A DNA stretch of 64,000 nucleotides from an uncultured delta proteobacterium (GCA_963798485.1 CAWCTR010000004.1:1-64000), one strand, 5' to 3'. Positions 18,368 to 29,130 are shown, counted from the first letter of the stretch. A program made the numbers and translations. The notes: generated by a model from the letters alone, not told the origin.

Positions 18368-19596
18368 CCTTCGAGCATTGCGTGCGCTGCACCATCTGCG
18401 TGGAAAACTGCCCGGTCTATAAGGTGGAGCCTCGCTTCCCGGGGCCCAAACAATCGGGTCCCGATGCCCAGCGGTTTCGCCTCGACGGCGAGAAGTCCGT
18501 GGACCAGTGGGTCAAGTACTGCAGCCAGTGCCGAAGGTGCCAGGTCGCCTGCCCCTATGGCGTAGACGTAGCAGAAATCATCCTGAAGGCCCAGCTCAAG
18601 TATGGAACAGAACATTTAAGCCCCTTTACCGCCCATCTGTTCGCCAATGCATACCACCTGAACGCGTTGGGCTCCACCTTTGCCCCGATTGCCAACAAGG
18701 CTGTTTCATTCAATGCGGCAAAGGCAGTGTTGAGCCTCCTGGGCATATCCCGCGAGCCTGATCTCCCGGAATTCCGGTTCCTCAATATGGAAAGGGGCAG
18801 GAGGAGGAAGGGTAAAGGAAGGAAGGTGGCCTTCTTTTATGGATGCCACTTGGGCTTCAACAGGCCTGACATCGGCTGGAAGATCAGGGACATGCTGGCA
18901 GCCATGGGCTGCCGGGTGGTAATGCCTAAGCAAACCTGCTGCGGGCTGCCGGCTCTGGGAAACGGCGATCTGGACATGGCAAGGAAATATGCCCTGAAAA
19001 ACGCGTCGGTATTGACCTCGTTCATCAACAAGGGGTTCGACGTTGTCTATGCCTGTACCTCCTGTGGGCTGACCCTTATCCAGGACTACCCCGGTATTCT
19101 GGAGGCACCGGGGGGAAAAAAGATTGCAGAGAACACCTATAATGTGAACGAGTACCTGCTCTCTCTTCTGCAGGAGGGTAAGGAGAAGAGGCCACTGGGA
19201 CGCCTGGAGAAAAGGATTGCCTATCACATACCCTGCCACCTGCGTGCATTGGGGATCGGCTACCCCGCAACAAAAATATTCGAGCAGATCGAGGGACTTG
19301 AATGCTTCGTGCTTGATGACAACTGCTGCGGCCTGGCAGGTACTTATGGTTTCAAGAAGCGTAATCAGGACACAGCCCATAGGCTAGGCGTGATTGCTTC
19401 AATACCCATCCGGGCTTTAAATGCAGATGCCGTAGTTGCTGACTGCGGGGCGTGTCGCATGCAGCTGGGCCACTGTACCGGACTGAGTGCCATGGACCCT
19501 GTGGAAATCATTGCAGCGGCCATGGCAAACAGTATAGACAACAAGAAAAAATCCGGGAATGGAATAAAACGGTTGTTTCAAAAAACACGAGAATAA
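18364..19596 (+). CDS. glpC: Anaerobic glycerol-3-phosphate dehydrogenase subunit C
   Basis: Two CxxCxxCxxxCP motifs, FPGPKQSGPD and two CCG domains. ATG at 18364 overlaps the glpB stop (ATGA). Confidence 0.9.
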   Translation: MTFEHCVRCTICVENCPVYKVEPRFPGPKQSGPDAQRFRLDGEKSVDQWVKYCSQCRRCQVACPYGVDVAEIILKAQLKYGTEHLSPFTAHLFANAYHLNALGSTFAPIANKAVSFNAAKAVLSLLGISREPDLPEFRFLNMERGRRRKGKGRKVAFFYGCHLGFNRPDIGWKIRDMLAAMGCRVVMPKQTCCGLPALGNGDLDMARKYALKNASVLTSFINKGFDVVYACTSCGLTLIQDYPGILEAPGGKKIAENTYNVNEYLLSLLQEGKEKRPLGRLEKRIAYHIPCHLRALGIGYPATKIFEQIEGLECFVLDDNCCGLAGTYGFKKRNQDTAHRLGVIASIPIRALNADAVVADCGACRMQLGHCTGLSAMDPVEIIAAAMANSIDNKKKSGNGIKRLFQKTRE

Positions 19597-19605
19597 GGAG
19601 AAGAT

Positions 19606-19932
19606 ATGAAGAAGGGCTTGATCATTATTTCATTATGCCTTGCATTTTTTATGCTGCCCGGGCAGTCACAAGCCGCACCCACCCTTGAGGTTGTCCTCCA
19701 GGATTCCCTGTGGGGCGCCGGCATCGGTGGGCTTGTGGGCGGCGCTACGCTGGCCTTCATGGACAAACCAGGCAATCATTTGGCTCGCATCTATCAGGGT
19801 GCAGCTGTTGGTCTTCTCTGCGGGGTCGCATTTGGAATTTATGAGATCCGGCCCATGTACTACTCTTACACCACCCCATCAGGGCAGAAGGAGCATGTGT
19901 ACGGGCTCTCGATGAACATACCGTTAAAGTAA
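19606..19932 (+). CDS. Exported/membrane glycine-zipper protein of unknown function
   Basis: Signal peptide (SQA-A); GAGIGGLVG hydrophobic hairpin; AAGGAG RBS. Confidence 0.7.
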   Translation: MKKGLIIISLCLAFFMLPGQSQAAPTLEVVLQDSLWGAGIGGLVGGATLAFMDKPGNHLARIYQGAAVGLLCGVAFGIYEIRPMYYSYTTPSGQKEHVYGLSMNIPLK

Positions 19933-19991
19933 GCTCCATCCTTTGGAGAGGATCTTTGAGGTAGAGTTGTGAGAGGAGAAAGGAGGTGCAC

Positions 19992-20318
19992 ATGAAGAGG
20001 TCTTTCATGGTCCTTACCCTTATATTCGCTCTGGCTCTCATGCCATACGGATCTTATGCTGCAGATGCAGGCCCGATTGTTACTACCCCCCTTTTCGGGG
20101 CCGGCATAGGGGCTATGGTAGGGTATCTAACGACCTTCTTCGCCAAAAGTCCGGTGGATCATTATAACAGCAATGTATCAATCGGCGCAGGCATAGGCTT
20201 TGTAGCGGGATTGGCCCTTGGGATCTCAGGATCACAAAAGGCCTCGGTGAGCTTCTATCAAAGAGATATGAGCAAGGAGAAGTTCTACGGAATGAATATT
20301 ACTATACCATTTAAATAA
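19992..20318 (+). CDS. Exported/membrane glycine-zipper protein, paralog of the upstream gene
   Basis: Signal peptide (SYA-A); GAGIGAMVG; C-terminus YGMNITIPFK versus YGLSMNIPLK upstream. AGGAGG RBS before ATG 19992. Confidence 0.7.
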   Translation: MKRSFMVLTLIFALALMPYGSYAADAGPIVTTPLFGAGIGAMVGYLTTFFAKSPVDHYNSNVSIGAGIGFVAGLALGISGSQKASVSFYQRDMSKEKFYGMNITIPFK

Positions 20319-21450
20319 CATTGATGATTTGCCGATAAAGGTCTTCATAACTTCGAGTAGTCTTGTCTTGGGAATAATGCTTCTGAATCCGCTCTCTTGC
20401 CCGTAAGCCCATCTCCATGCGTGCTTCCGGGGTCATGCGAGCGATCATATCCCAGGCATTGCACAGCTCTTGAGGAGATTCCCTGTTGACTACGAGTCCT
20501 GTGTCTCCCATAAGGAGCCCCGCGTCTCCTACATCCGTAGCCACACAGGGGACCCCGCAGGCCATGGCTTCACCTATGGCATTGGGGAAGCCTTCACCCC
20601 AGGCTGATGAGGATGTTGCTATGTCGAGGGCTGAAAAGATCACTTCAACATCGGTTCTTTCATCGAGGAGATGGAAATTGGCTTTCTTTGAACCATCCGG
20701 AATGAGGCTATCGATGGAAGGGTTTTTTTTACTTACTCCTCTTCCGGCAAGAATAAAGTATGTCCCTGGATGGATGTTAAGAAAGGCTTCAGCAGCCTGG
20801 AAAAAAGTGACGTGATCTTTCATGGGATCAAACCTGCATACAAGCCCGATGACAAGTGCATCCACAGGTATATTCAATATTCCCCTTATCCGTATCCTCG
20901 CATGAGCATCTGGTTTGAAAAGATCGGTATTGAACCCGTTGGGGATTATGACCCACTTACGAGGGTGATAACCGATCTCCTCGTGAATATTCTTGCCGGC
21001 ATAAGAATTGGCAATGACCACAGAAGGGATATGCGAAAGTCTGGCTCCTACCTTGATGGTGTAACGGTACACATGGCCATAACAATACAAATCCATATCG
21101 GAGCAGCGGATGTTCCACAAGGTCCTCTTTGGTTTAAGAAGGCTCAAACCAAGCAGATTTGCGTGGTACATCCAGCATTGGATGATATCAGGGTTCATGA
21201 GCCTCGCCAGGAATCGAAGTCGAATGACAGCCCTTATGTCAGGCATGCCCTTTTTCATGTTGAGACTATAAAAGGGAAACCCACCCTGTTCCAGGTTGTG
21301 ACCAATAATGCCAGGTTTAGTCATACAGATAGTCAGGTTATCAAAGGAATCTTTGTTCATTGTCGTGATGAGCCTGAGCAGGTTTTGTTCCGCACCCCCC
21401 ACATCCAGGGTGGAAATGAGGTGGAGTACCTTTATGCGTGCTTCAACCAC
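20311..21450 (-). CDS. Glycosyltransferase family 4
   Basis: LDVGGAE; QCWMYHAN; IPNG; R.DP.KDH; EGFPNAIGEAMACG.P.VATDVG. Confidence 0.9.
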   Translation of the reverse strand: MVEARIKVLHLISTLDVGGAEQNLLRLITTMNKDSFDNLTICMTKPGIIGHNLEQGGFPFYSLNMKKGMPDIRAVIRLRFLARLMNPDIIQCWMYHANLLGLSLLKPKRTLWNIRCSDMDLYCYGHVYRYTIKVGARLSHIPSVVIANSYAGKNIHEEIGYHPRKWVIIPNGFNTDLFKPDAHARIRIRGILNIPVDALVIGLVCRFDPMKDHVTFFQAAEAFLNIHPGTYFILAGRGVSKKNPSIDSLIPDGSKKANFHLLDERTDVEVIFSALDIATSSSAWGEGFPNAIGEAMACGVPCVATDVGDAGLLMGDTGLVVNRESPQELCNAWDMIARMTPEARMEMGLRARERIQKHYSQDKTTRSYEDLYRQIINVI

Positions 21451-23359
21451 AGTATCGTTTCCTCCACATCATGAATACAAGCAGCAGCCAGATACGGTCG
21501 ACGCCCACCGAACCTGCCTGACGCTTAAATTCAGAGATAGTCCTTAAGGCTAAGTCAGGGTCTATCTCGTTTTGAGTGGATAAGGCCTCAGGGCTTAGGT
21601 ATTCATCCACCAAATGGATAAGGTCATTATGCAGCCAGGAATAGATGGGGACTGCAAAACCCTGTTTAGGGCGTGTAAAAAGGTGCTTTGGTAAATACCT
21701 GGCAAGGAGTTTTTTTATTAGGTATTTCGACTGGCCTTCTCGATATTTGAAATGGAAAGGCAGGCGCAGGGCAAATTCCACTATGCGGTGGTCAAGAAAA
21801 GGGTCCCGTCCTTCCAGGCTGACGGACATGGTGGCCCGGTCAACCTTGGTGAGGATGTCCTCTGGCAGGTAGTACTTCATGTCCCAGAGCATCATGGACT
21901 CCATAAGGCTGTTGCCGAGCATTTTCAGAGGGGACCGTGGGTCTTTATAATCATAACCCATGAGCATGGCGACCTCCTGGGGGAGCCAGTATCCTATGGC
22001 ATAGGGATAAGCCCCGGCCGCATCCCCTTGCCAGCCGGCCAGCACTGCCCGGAGCTTCCTCATCCGGTCCTTGATGGCGGGCAGCCTGAGTGAAGGGAGA
22101 TAGGCAGCGACGCCTGCAGCCCGGTCCGACCCGATCATTCCCATGAGCCTGCCTGCCGACCTTGGGATTGAGGTGGGAAAAGGGGATATAAACCGCTGTA
22201 AACGCTCCATGAGAAAGTAGCGGGGGTACCCACAGAACAGCTCATCACCGCCATCGGCAGAAAGGCTTACCTTCACGTGTTTCCTGGTCATCCCGGCCAC
22301 GATGGTTGTGGGTATACCGGAGATGTCGCCGAAGGGCTCGTCGTATATTTCAGGCCACAAGGGTAGGATTGCCTTGGCGTGCTCGGGGGTGACTATCTCG
22401 AAGGTATGTTCTGTGCCCAGGTGTTCAGCCACCTTTTTCGCCCAGGGGGATTCGTCGTAGTCCTTCTCGGAAAAACCAATGGTGAAGGTCTTCACCGGTG
22501 TATCGGTATGTCTTGCAAGAATAGCGGTCACAAGTGATGAATCGATGCCGCCCGAGAGAAAGACACCCACAGGCACATCGGCAATGAGCCTCCTGGTGAA
22601 GGCATCTATGAGGATCTCCTCGAGCCTGTCCGCAAGCACTTCTTCATCGATGTCCTCGAATCCTGTCCTTGGGAGTTGTGCAGGGTCCCAGTATTTGTGC
22701 TTCTCGACGGCCAATGAAGAATCCACCTTGATCCAGGACCCGGGTTCCAGCTTGGAGACATGCCTATAGATGGATCTATTCCCGCCTATGTAACCATAGT
22801 GGAAGAACTCGCCCAGGGCATCGATGTCTATGGAGAGCTTGTCTTTAAGCCCGGCATGAAGGGCCTTGAGCTCCGATGCAAAGGCGAACGTATCGTGGTC
22901 CTGATAGTAGTACAGGGGTTTCACCCCCATGCGGTCGCGAAAGAGATAGAGGGCCTTTTGGGCAGTATCCCAGAGGGCAAAGGCGAACATGCCCATAAGC
23001 CGTTCCACGCCGGCTGGTCCCCAGGCGGCAAAGGCATTGAGAACCACCTCCGTGTCTGAAGTTCCCCTGAAGGCAAAGCCCTTATCCTCGAGCTCGCGCC
23101 TGAGTTCCTTATAGTTGTAAACCTCGCCGTTATAGCAGATGGTATATCTGCCGTCTGGTGTGCTCATGGGCTGGTGCCCGGTCTGGGTGAGGTCGATAAT
23201 GGAGAGCCTGCGATGACCGAGGGCCAGCCCTGATGTTTTATCTAAGAATACTCCGGCATCATCTGGGCCTCCATGAGACAGGGTATCTCTCATGCGTACA
23301 CATGTACTCTCAAGGTCTCTTAATGATTGTGGGACCCAGATTCCAACTATCCTGCACAT
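21443..23359 (-). CDS. asnB: Asparagine synthase-like amidotransferase (glutamine-hydrolysing), glycan-associated
   Basis: N-terminal Cys (MCRIVG); HRRLSIIDL; QPM; NGEVYN; LSGGIDSS; GGDELFCGY; KVDRATM. Confidence 0.88.
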   Translation of the reverse strand: MCRIVGIWVPQSLRDLESTCVRMRDTLSHGGPDDAGVFLDKTSGLALGHRRLSIIDLTQTGHQPMSTPDGRYTICYNGEVYNYKELRRELEDKGFAFRGTSDTEVVLNAFAAWGPAGVERLMGMFAFALWDTAQKALYLFRDRMGVKPLYYYQDHDTFAFASELKALHAGLKDKLSIDIDALGEFFHYGYIGGNRSIYRHVSKLEPGSWIKVDSSLAVEKHKYWDPAQLPRTGFEDIDEEVLADRLEEILIDAFTRRLIADVPVGVFLSGGIDSSLVTAILARHTDTPVKTFTIGFSEKDYDESPWAKKVAEHLGTEHTFEIVTPEHAKAILPLWPEIYDEPFGDISGIPTTIVAGMTRKHVKVSLSADGGDELFCGYPRYFLMERLQRFISPFPTSIPRSAGRLMGMIGSDRAAGVAAYLPSLRLPAIKDRMRKLRAVLAGWQGDAAGAYPYAIGYWLPQEVAMLMGYDYKDPRSPLKMLGNSLMESMMLWDMKYYLPEDILTKVDRATMSVSLEGRDPFLDHRIVEFALRLPFHFKYREGQSKYLIKKLLARYLPKHLFTRPKQGFAVPIYSWLHNDLIHLVDEYLSPEALSTQNEIDPDLALRTISEFKRQAGSVGVDRIWLLLVFMMWRKRYCG

Positions 23360-23443
23360 GAAGTATAGTTCCTTGCTTTCTGGTTATGCATGATTGACAA
23401 AACAGAGTGGGTGCTAAAATATAATCGGAAAGAGTGCTATTCT

Positions 23444-24280
23444 TCAATTATCTGATAATCCATACGTCAGATCATCCGGGATATCTTTAAGCACTCTCTT
23501 TGCAAGGTCCCACTGATGGAGACCACTTTGGGGGTTTGATTCTCCTTCCGACTGGTCAGGGTTCGCCATGATCTCTCCCATGATGCCGGCAAGCAGTACG
23601 GGATTCAGTGAAGTAAGGTACTTCTTTGCAAGCAGGAGCAGAAGCTTCGCATCTGTCCTGTTTCCCCGCTTTTTCTTCTCTATCTGGTTTTTTCTGAAAA
23701 GTTCCTTGGCGGTATAGGTCGGGTGATGAATCCCTAAGGGTTCGCGCATGATGGTATAGGCCTCTATGGTGATGGATCGATCTTTCTCCCGGGCCTGTCT
23801 GCAAAAGTCCACATCACAGCCCAGTACATCCCGGAAACGAAGCCCCAGACGTTTCACGATATGCATATTCAGGAGTTTGATGTAACCCACTTTCCCGAAT
23901 ACAGGGTCCATGAGGGTTCCTACGGCATAGAGTGTGTCAGATCTCATCAATCGCTTGAGGCTCTCGGTGCAGTGGGGATACAGGATTATATCAGCATCGA
24001 CCCACAGGAGATAATCAAAGTCACCGGCAATATCCAAAGCACGGTTTGATGCAGCACTGATGGGGCTGACATCTTTAATGAGTTCTATGCGTGTTAAAGG
24101 GATCTTCTGACTGCAGAGGCTCCCAATGACCTGGGGCTCGGTCCGTTCTCCTATAGAGAAGACGCATGCGACCATCGTGTTCATTCGGTCATCCTTATCC
24201 TGAGCGGAAAGGATGCGTGAGCGGATGCTTCCTCTCAGCCCCACCAGAAGTTTCGATATGAGTGCTGGTATTCTCGACAT
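23444..24280 (-). CDS. Putative GT-A fold glycosyltransferase
   Basis: SAASNRALD...YLLWVDADI (DxD) and GCDVDFC. Located within the glycan locus. Confidence 0.55.
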   Translation of the reverse strand: MSRIPALISKLLVGLRGSIRSRILSAQDKDDRMNTMVACVFSIGERTEPQVIGSLCSQKIPLTRIELIKDVSPISAASNRALDIAGDFDYLLWVDADIILYPHCTESLKRLMRSDTLYAVGTLMDPVFGKVGYIKLLNMHIVKRLGLRFRDVLGCDVDFCRQAREKDRSITIEAYTIMREPLGIHHPTYTAKELFRKNQIEKKKRGNRTDAKLLLLLAKKYLTSLNPVLLAGIMGEIMANPDQSEGESNPQSGLHQWDLAKRVLKDIPDDLTYGLSDN

Positions 24281-24296
24281 TGCCCTAAGCCCTCTC

Positions 24297-25265
24297 CTAA
24301 AATCCGATTGTCCGATTAAACCGGGCAAGGATAGGTGAAAGCGCTTTCCTAAGCCTTGTGCTTAACCGTCTACCCATGAGCATATAGAGGATAATGGCGA
24401 GTTCCCGTGCCGGGTTATGATTTAAGGGCTCTATAATCAGTGAGCTATAGACATGGCGCAGAGCCCCCAATGGGTGTCCATTCATCCTGGCCAGCTCGGC
24501 CTGTTTCCGATGGCTTGACCGATATGCGGCTGATCGGATGCGCATAAGGTTTTCATTATCTTGGTGCCGTTCAAAGATGTCATGGAGCACGCGCCGGTTT
24601 TCCTCACAGATATCATTCCAACCCCTATTGGTTTTAGTCCCGGGCCAGTCCCTGTTATTGGATAGAATGGAATCGGTTTTACAGAACCTGTGATTTCCAT
24701 AGTGAAAGCCTATGCGGATCCAATATTCCCAGTCCATTATGTAATGGAGATCAGGGTTCAGATATCCTACTTCATCGAGAACACTTCTTCTTATAAAAAC
24801 AGATGGTTGTGTAGTCACGCCACCACAGCCGGCAATCATAGCATATGGGTCCATATCGAACGGATAGGAAGTAAAGAGGATGTCTTTGAAGCTCTGGTCA
24901 TAAGTATTTGCGGCCCCATGGACAAGAATTGTATCGGGATATTCGGCGAAGATATTTGCAACCGTGCTGAAGGCGTCCGTACAGTAGGAATCATCTGCAT
25001 TGAGCCAGGCAATGATGTCCCCCGTAGCTTTTTTCCAGCCTTTGTTGATTGCCTCCGACTGGCCGCTGTCCGGTTCGCTCACCCAGTATTTCAGACGGTC
25101 ATGATATTTCCGGATGATATCGAGGCTACCGTCGGTGCTGCCGCCGTCGATGATTATGTATTCAATATGATCATAATCCTGGTTCAGGACTGAAAGGATC
25201 GCTTCTTCAAGAAACTGTGACTGGTTGAAGGATGGGGTGATTATAGAAATGACCAAGGGTCTCAT
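24297..25265 (-). CDS. Glycosyltransferase family 2
   Basis: SIITPSFNQ; IIDGGSTDGS; EPDSGQSEAINKG; WLNADD. Confidence 0.9.
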   Translation of the reverse strand: MRPLVISIITPSFNQSQFLEEAILSVLNQDYDHIEYIIIDGGSTDGSLDIIRKYHDRLKYWVSEPDSGQSEAINKGWKKATGDIIAWLNADDSYCTDAFSTVANIFAEYPDTILVHGAANTYDQSFKDILFTSYPFDMDPYAMIAGCGGVTTQPSVFIRRSVLDEVGYLNPDLHYIMDWEYWIRIGFHYGNHRFCKTDSILSNNRDWPGTKTNRGWNDICEENRRVLHDIFERHQDNENLMRIRSAAYRSSHRKQAELARMNGHPLGALRHVYSSLIIEPLNHNPARELAIILYMLMGRRLSTRLRKALSPILARFNRTIGF

Positions 25266-25270
25266 CGGAA

Positions 25271-26461
25271 TCAGGATTTGCCCTTGGCGATATCGAGGAA
25301 CCGGAAACCATATGATCTGATGGCATCCATGGATGCTTGCCGTGCTATGTTTTCATTGTCAAGATCAGGCCCGGGATCAAGATTTTTCCACAACTCCGCC
25401 ATGAACTGGGCAAGTTCTTCATGTGACTCCGGATTGAAAAATTTACATAGAGGAGGATTCTGCTCCTTATGAACGGATATTCCGGAAGCCAGGATAAACT
25501 TTCCAAGGCACCTGGCATCTTCTATCACAGTGCTCCAGCCTTCGAATAATGATGGCTGAAGCACTGCTATGGAACGACGAATCAACTGTATCTGATCTAA
25601 ACGTGGAATCAGTCCCAGGATATGTAGCTGGCTCCTGATGCCAAAGTCATCTATCATCTGCTGGAGAAGGGTCATGAATTTCCTGTCCCTGTGATCTTCA
25701 ATATTTCCTGTGCATACTAAAGCAGGGTTGATCCCCTGCCTCTGCAGTTGGTACATGGCCTTGAATATAGTTTCATGATTCTTATGCTGCCAGAACTGGT
25801 TACATACGATGAAGAATTTATCCGGAAGGGAATACTTGTTCTGGATGACTGATGGTTCCAGGTCATACCATGAAGGATCGGGGTTAACCTTAAATGGCAT
25901 TACTTTTGTTTTATTCGAGAACTGAGGAAAGTATGTATGGAAATCCGTTTCTGCTGTTCTGCTTGATAAAATTACTAAAGGTGCGAAGGTTGCTATTTGT
26001 TTGAATTGTGCATCTCTTTTTTTGATATCGTCGTCGGGAAAAAATTTTGGGAGATGCTTGTGCTGAAAATCGGGTATCCACCCTGCAGATAGATATGGTG
26101 CCGACAGATGGCGGTTGAAGTAAAAGGGATACACAAAGTCAAATCCCTGGGCCTTGAAAAATATATGATAACGGCAGTCATTATTGCCTGATACTGCCCT
26201 GTCGAGTATCCGGTATGCCCTCGACAGTAGGGATGGCGTAGGCAGGTCATCCATAAAAAAGAGTTTTTCTACAAAGGGGATGACCTGTTCATACAGACTC
26301 ATATCGATGTTTTTTATGGACAGTAGTGATAACTCCAAAGATGATCTGACATCGGACGGCAGGGCCGAAAGGGCCAGAATGATATTTTTAGTGTATTCTA
26401 TCCCGCCTATCCAGTTGCGATTTCCCTGGAGGACAAGGCATATCTTCAGTTGATTGTTCAT
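25271..26461 (-). CDS. Glycosyltransferase family 4
   Basis: WIGGIEY; WIPDFQH; NQFWQHKNH; PSLFEGWSTVIEDA. ATG 26461 is coupled to the upstream stop. Confidence 0.85.
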   Translation of the reverse strand: MNNQLKICLVLQGNRNWIGGIEYTKNIILALSALPSDVRSSLELSLLSIKNIDMSLYEQVIPFVEKLFFMDDLPTPSLLSRAYRILDRAVSGNNDCRYHIFFKAQGFDFVYPFYFNRHLSAPYLSAGWIPDFQHKHLPKFFPDDDIKKRDAQFKQIATFAPLVILSSRTAETDFHTYFPQFSNKTKVMPFKVNPDPSWYDLEPSVIQNKYSLPDKFFIVCNQFWQHKNHETIFKAMYQLQRQGINPALVCTGNIEDHRDRKFMTLLQQMIDDFGIRSQLHILGLIPRLDQIQLIRRSIAVLQPSLFEGWSTVIEDARCLGKFILASGISVHKEQNPPLCKFFNPESHEELAQFMAELWKNLDPGPDLDNENIARQASMDAIRSYGFRFLDIAKGKS

Positions 26462-27393
26462 AGGTGGATTAATTCTGAGCGGCACCACGCGGCAAAGGCT
26501 TCCGCCCCCTGGTTGATTGTTATGGAAGGTCTAAATCCCAGCGAAGCTATCTTTGTTATGTCGGCTTTCCAGTTTAAGGGGACACCGTTTGGTATATGTC
26601 TGTCGAATATCACATCACCGTCAAAGTGCAGTGCGGTCAGGAGTATTGAAGAGAGTTCGGAGATTGTGGTCTCTTGCCCTGATGCAAGATTATAGACCTC
26701 ACCTTCCATGGGGGCTGACTTTGCCAAGACCATAAATGCACGGGCGATGTCATATGCATGGATGAAATCTCTGCTTTCTCTTCCTGTGCCTTGTAAGCGC
26801 ACACCTTCTGATGAGAGGGCCTTCCGGCATATATCCCATAGGACCTGGCGTCTTAGCCCTGGTCCATAGGCAGAGAAGATTCTCACACTGAGGGTGGGTA
26901 TACTAAAAATCTTGTAATACCCCTGACAGATCTGTTCGCTTTGAAGCTTATGAAAACCATAGGGCGATATGGGAGATAACCTGGCATCCTCTCTGACTGG
27001 AAGAGATTCCGGGTTACCGTATACCGCAGCGCTGGAGATATTAATAAACCTGCAATCAGGGATGTTCAATCGGCATGTATCGAGGATCTCTTCTGTGAGA
27101 ACCGTATTGCTGATAAAATCATGGTACGGTTCGGTAAAAGACCATGCAACAGATGATCGGCCAGCACAATTAATGCATACATCGGGCGTATGTTCCTTGA
27201 GTATGGCGCCGAGTTCTCTATCCGGCAGATTGAGTTGGAAATATGCAGAGAGATTCGCCAAGGGGGCATTTTCCGGTGGAGTACTGTCTATGCCGATCGA
27301 AATCCAGTCTTGTTCTGTAAAGTACCTTGAAACAAACCGCCCTATAAATCCTGCAGCACCGATAACTAAGACTTTCTGATGTTTTTTTCTCAT
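26458..27393 (-). CDS. NAD-dependent nucleotide-sugar epimerase/dehydratase
   Basis: GAAGFIG; SSAAVYG; YGFHK (YxxxK); GTGRESRDFIH. Confidence 0.9.
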   Translation of the reverse strand: MRKKHQKVLVIGAAGFIGRFVSRYFTEQDWISIGIDSTPPENAPLANLSAYFQLNLPDRELGAILKEHTPDVCINCAGRSSVAWSFTEPYHDFISNTVLTEEILDTCRLNIPDCRFINISSAAVYGNPESLPVREDARLSPISPYGFHKLQSEQICQGYYKIFSIPTLSVRIFSAYGPGLRRQVLWDICRKALSSEGVRLQGTGRESRDFIHAYDIARAFMVLAKSAPMEGEVYNLASGQETTISELSSILLTALHFDGDVIFDRHIPNGVPLNWKADITKIASLGFRPSITINQGAEAFAAWCRSELIHL

Positions 27394-28238
27394 GGTTTCA
27401 CCGCAATAAAAGAATAGAGTCTCCCCGGAAGAGACGACTTCCTGGATAGATACATGGATGTATATTTTACTACCAGGGGAACGGATACGAGGAAATGAGA
27501 GGCCGTATTTCCTATGAAGCGACTGAAAAAAGAAATGATATTGTTTATATGTTCATCCTTTGAGACAGGCGCATAATTTATTACGCTTTCATACGGACCT
27601 ATTGATTTATTAAGCTTCAGTCCAGCAGCTTTTATGGCAGCTTTATATTCATTGAGCAGGTATGCATTTTCACCGCCATACAGGGCCTGGAGCGGGTGCG
27701 ATTTTAAAAAAATGTCAAGATCCTGTGGCCTGGAAATTACATGTTCGCGTGTCGTGATAAATATCCCCCCTGTATGTAATACCCTGGCTGCTTCATTACA
27801 GAGGTTTCTGAGATAATGTGCATGGTGCATGACCGCCCTTCCGTATACGATATCAAAGGAATTGTCCTTGAAAGGCAATGACTCGCCATACCCCTGGATT
27901 ACCCGAATTAATGATTTGGTTTTGTCTGCTAGAGATTTTATGGCCGCTGAACCTACAAGAGGGCTAGCGTCCGGTTCCAATGCGGTTACTGAACAACCTT
28001 CCATGGAAAAGGCATAACTTGATATTCCTCTCCCGGCGCCGATATCCAGCACCCTGCATGGTAAGGAATCCCGAAGAATATGTGCAATCTCTCGCCATTC
28101 CTGGCTTTGATGGAACCTTGAGGCGGATTTTTCAATCGGATCATCGAAGAAACAATCACGTACGAGATTCTGTCTGTCAGGTTGATCGCGGAGCCAGCGA
28201 ACCGATTGCTCCCAGGTATAGTTGTATAACACAGGCAT
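27390..28238 (-). CDS. Class I SAM-dependent methyltransferase
   Basis: VLDIGAGRG; ESLPFKDNSFDIV; RVL..GG. Confidence 0.88.
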   Translation of the reverse strand: MPVLYNYTWEQSVRWLRDQPDRQNLVRDCFFDDPIEKSASRFHQSQEWREIAHILRDSLPCRVLDIGAGRGISSYAFSMEGCSVTALEPDASPLVGSAAIKSLADKTKSLIRVIQGYGESLPFKDNSFDIVYGRAVMHHAHYLRNLCNEAARVLHTGGIFITTREHVISRPQDLDIFLKSHPLQALYGGENAYLLNEYKAAIKAAGLKLNKSIGPYESVINYAPVSKDEHINNIISFFSRFIGNTASHFLVSVPLVVKYTSMYLSRKSSLPGRLYSFIAVKP

Positions 28239-28245
28239 GTAAGCG

Positions 28246-29130
28246 TTACTTCTGCAATATTAGTGCTGCAATAGCTCTACTGCTGGCGGCAAGATCGGGA
28301 TCATAGTCTTTATCGCTGTCCTTGTTGAAGTATTTTGTTTTGTGAACATCAAATCCCTCAAAATACTTGCAGTGTTCCTTCGGGCAGAGAGCCCACCCAT
28401 TATTTTCGTAGCAATAATAAGATTCATCTACATGAAAAGGATTGAACTGATCTATTAGCCTGTTGACCATATCGGCATCAAATTGTTGGTACCACCCATA
28501 GTCAATATATTTTCCATAAGGTACGGTTATATAGACCCTTCCACCTGATTTGGTAACCCTTTTATATTCTGAAATAGCTTTTAAAAAATCCAAAGTATTC
28601 TTTTCTCTATATTGGGGATTGGACGAATATAGCGAGTTGTCCATACCCATATGTTCTATAACGGAGATTGAGGCAATTTCATCAAACCAGTCATCTCTGA
28701 AAGGTATCTCTCTGAGATCACAAAAGATATAGGATATCCTTTCAGTCCAGAGGCAATTCGGTTCCGGCTCCAATGTAGAGATTGTAATCTCTTTATTTCT
28801 TTTTTTTAATATAGCCAGGAGATAATTATAGTTAAGTGTTGATCCAGCATCAAGTATTCTACCATTATTTCCGAGTTGTGAAAAAAGCCAAGGGTATTCA
28901 ATAACCCGCTCATCAAGGTATTTCCCATATTCTTTCGGTAATTGCCGATTCTCAGCGAATGTACGAATAACGTCTTCATTTTGCAATGCTGTTCTGATGA
29001 AGTCTTCTTTATAAAGTGAATATCCTTCTGACCATGGTTTCCTTCCGTTTTTAATATAAGAAGATATAAGGCGTTTTCTTTCTATGGCCGTGTGTATTCG
29101 TTTGAGGGTGAGAATAAGATCATGAATCAT
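28246..29130 (-). CDS. SAM-dependent methyltransferase-fold protein
   Basis: ERVIEYPW; ILDAGS; FD.I.SISVIEH.G; RVTKSGG..YITVPYG. Confidence 0.75.
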   Translation of the reverse strand: MIHDLILTLKRIHTAIERKRLISSYIKNGRKPWSEGYSLYKEDFIRTALQNEDVIRTFAENRQLPKEYGKYLDERVIEYPWLFSQLGNNGRILDAGSTLNYNYLLAILKKRNKEITISTLEPEPNCLWTERISYIFCDLREIPFRDDWFDEIASISVIEHMGMDNSLYSSNPQYREKNTLDFLKAISEYKRVTKSGGRVYITVPYGKYIDYGWYQQFDADMVNRLIDQFNPFHVDESYYCYENNGWALCPKEHCKYFEGFDVHKTKYFNKDSDKDYDPDLAASSRAIAALILQK

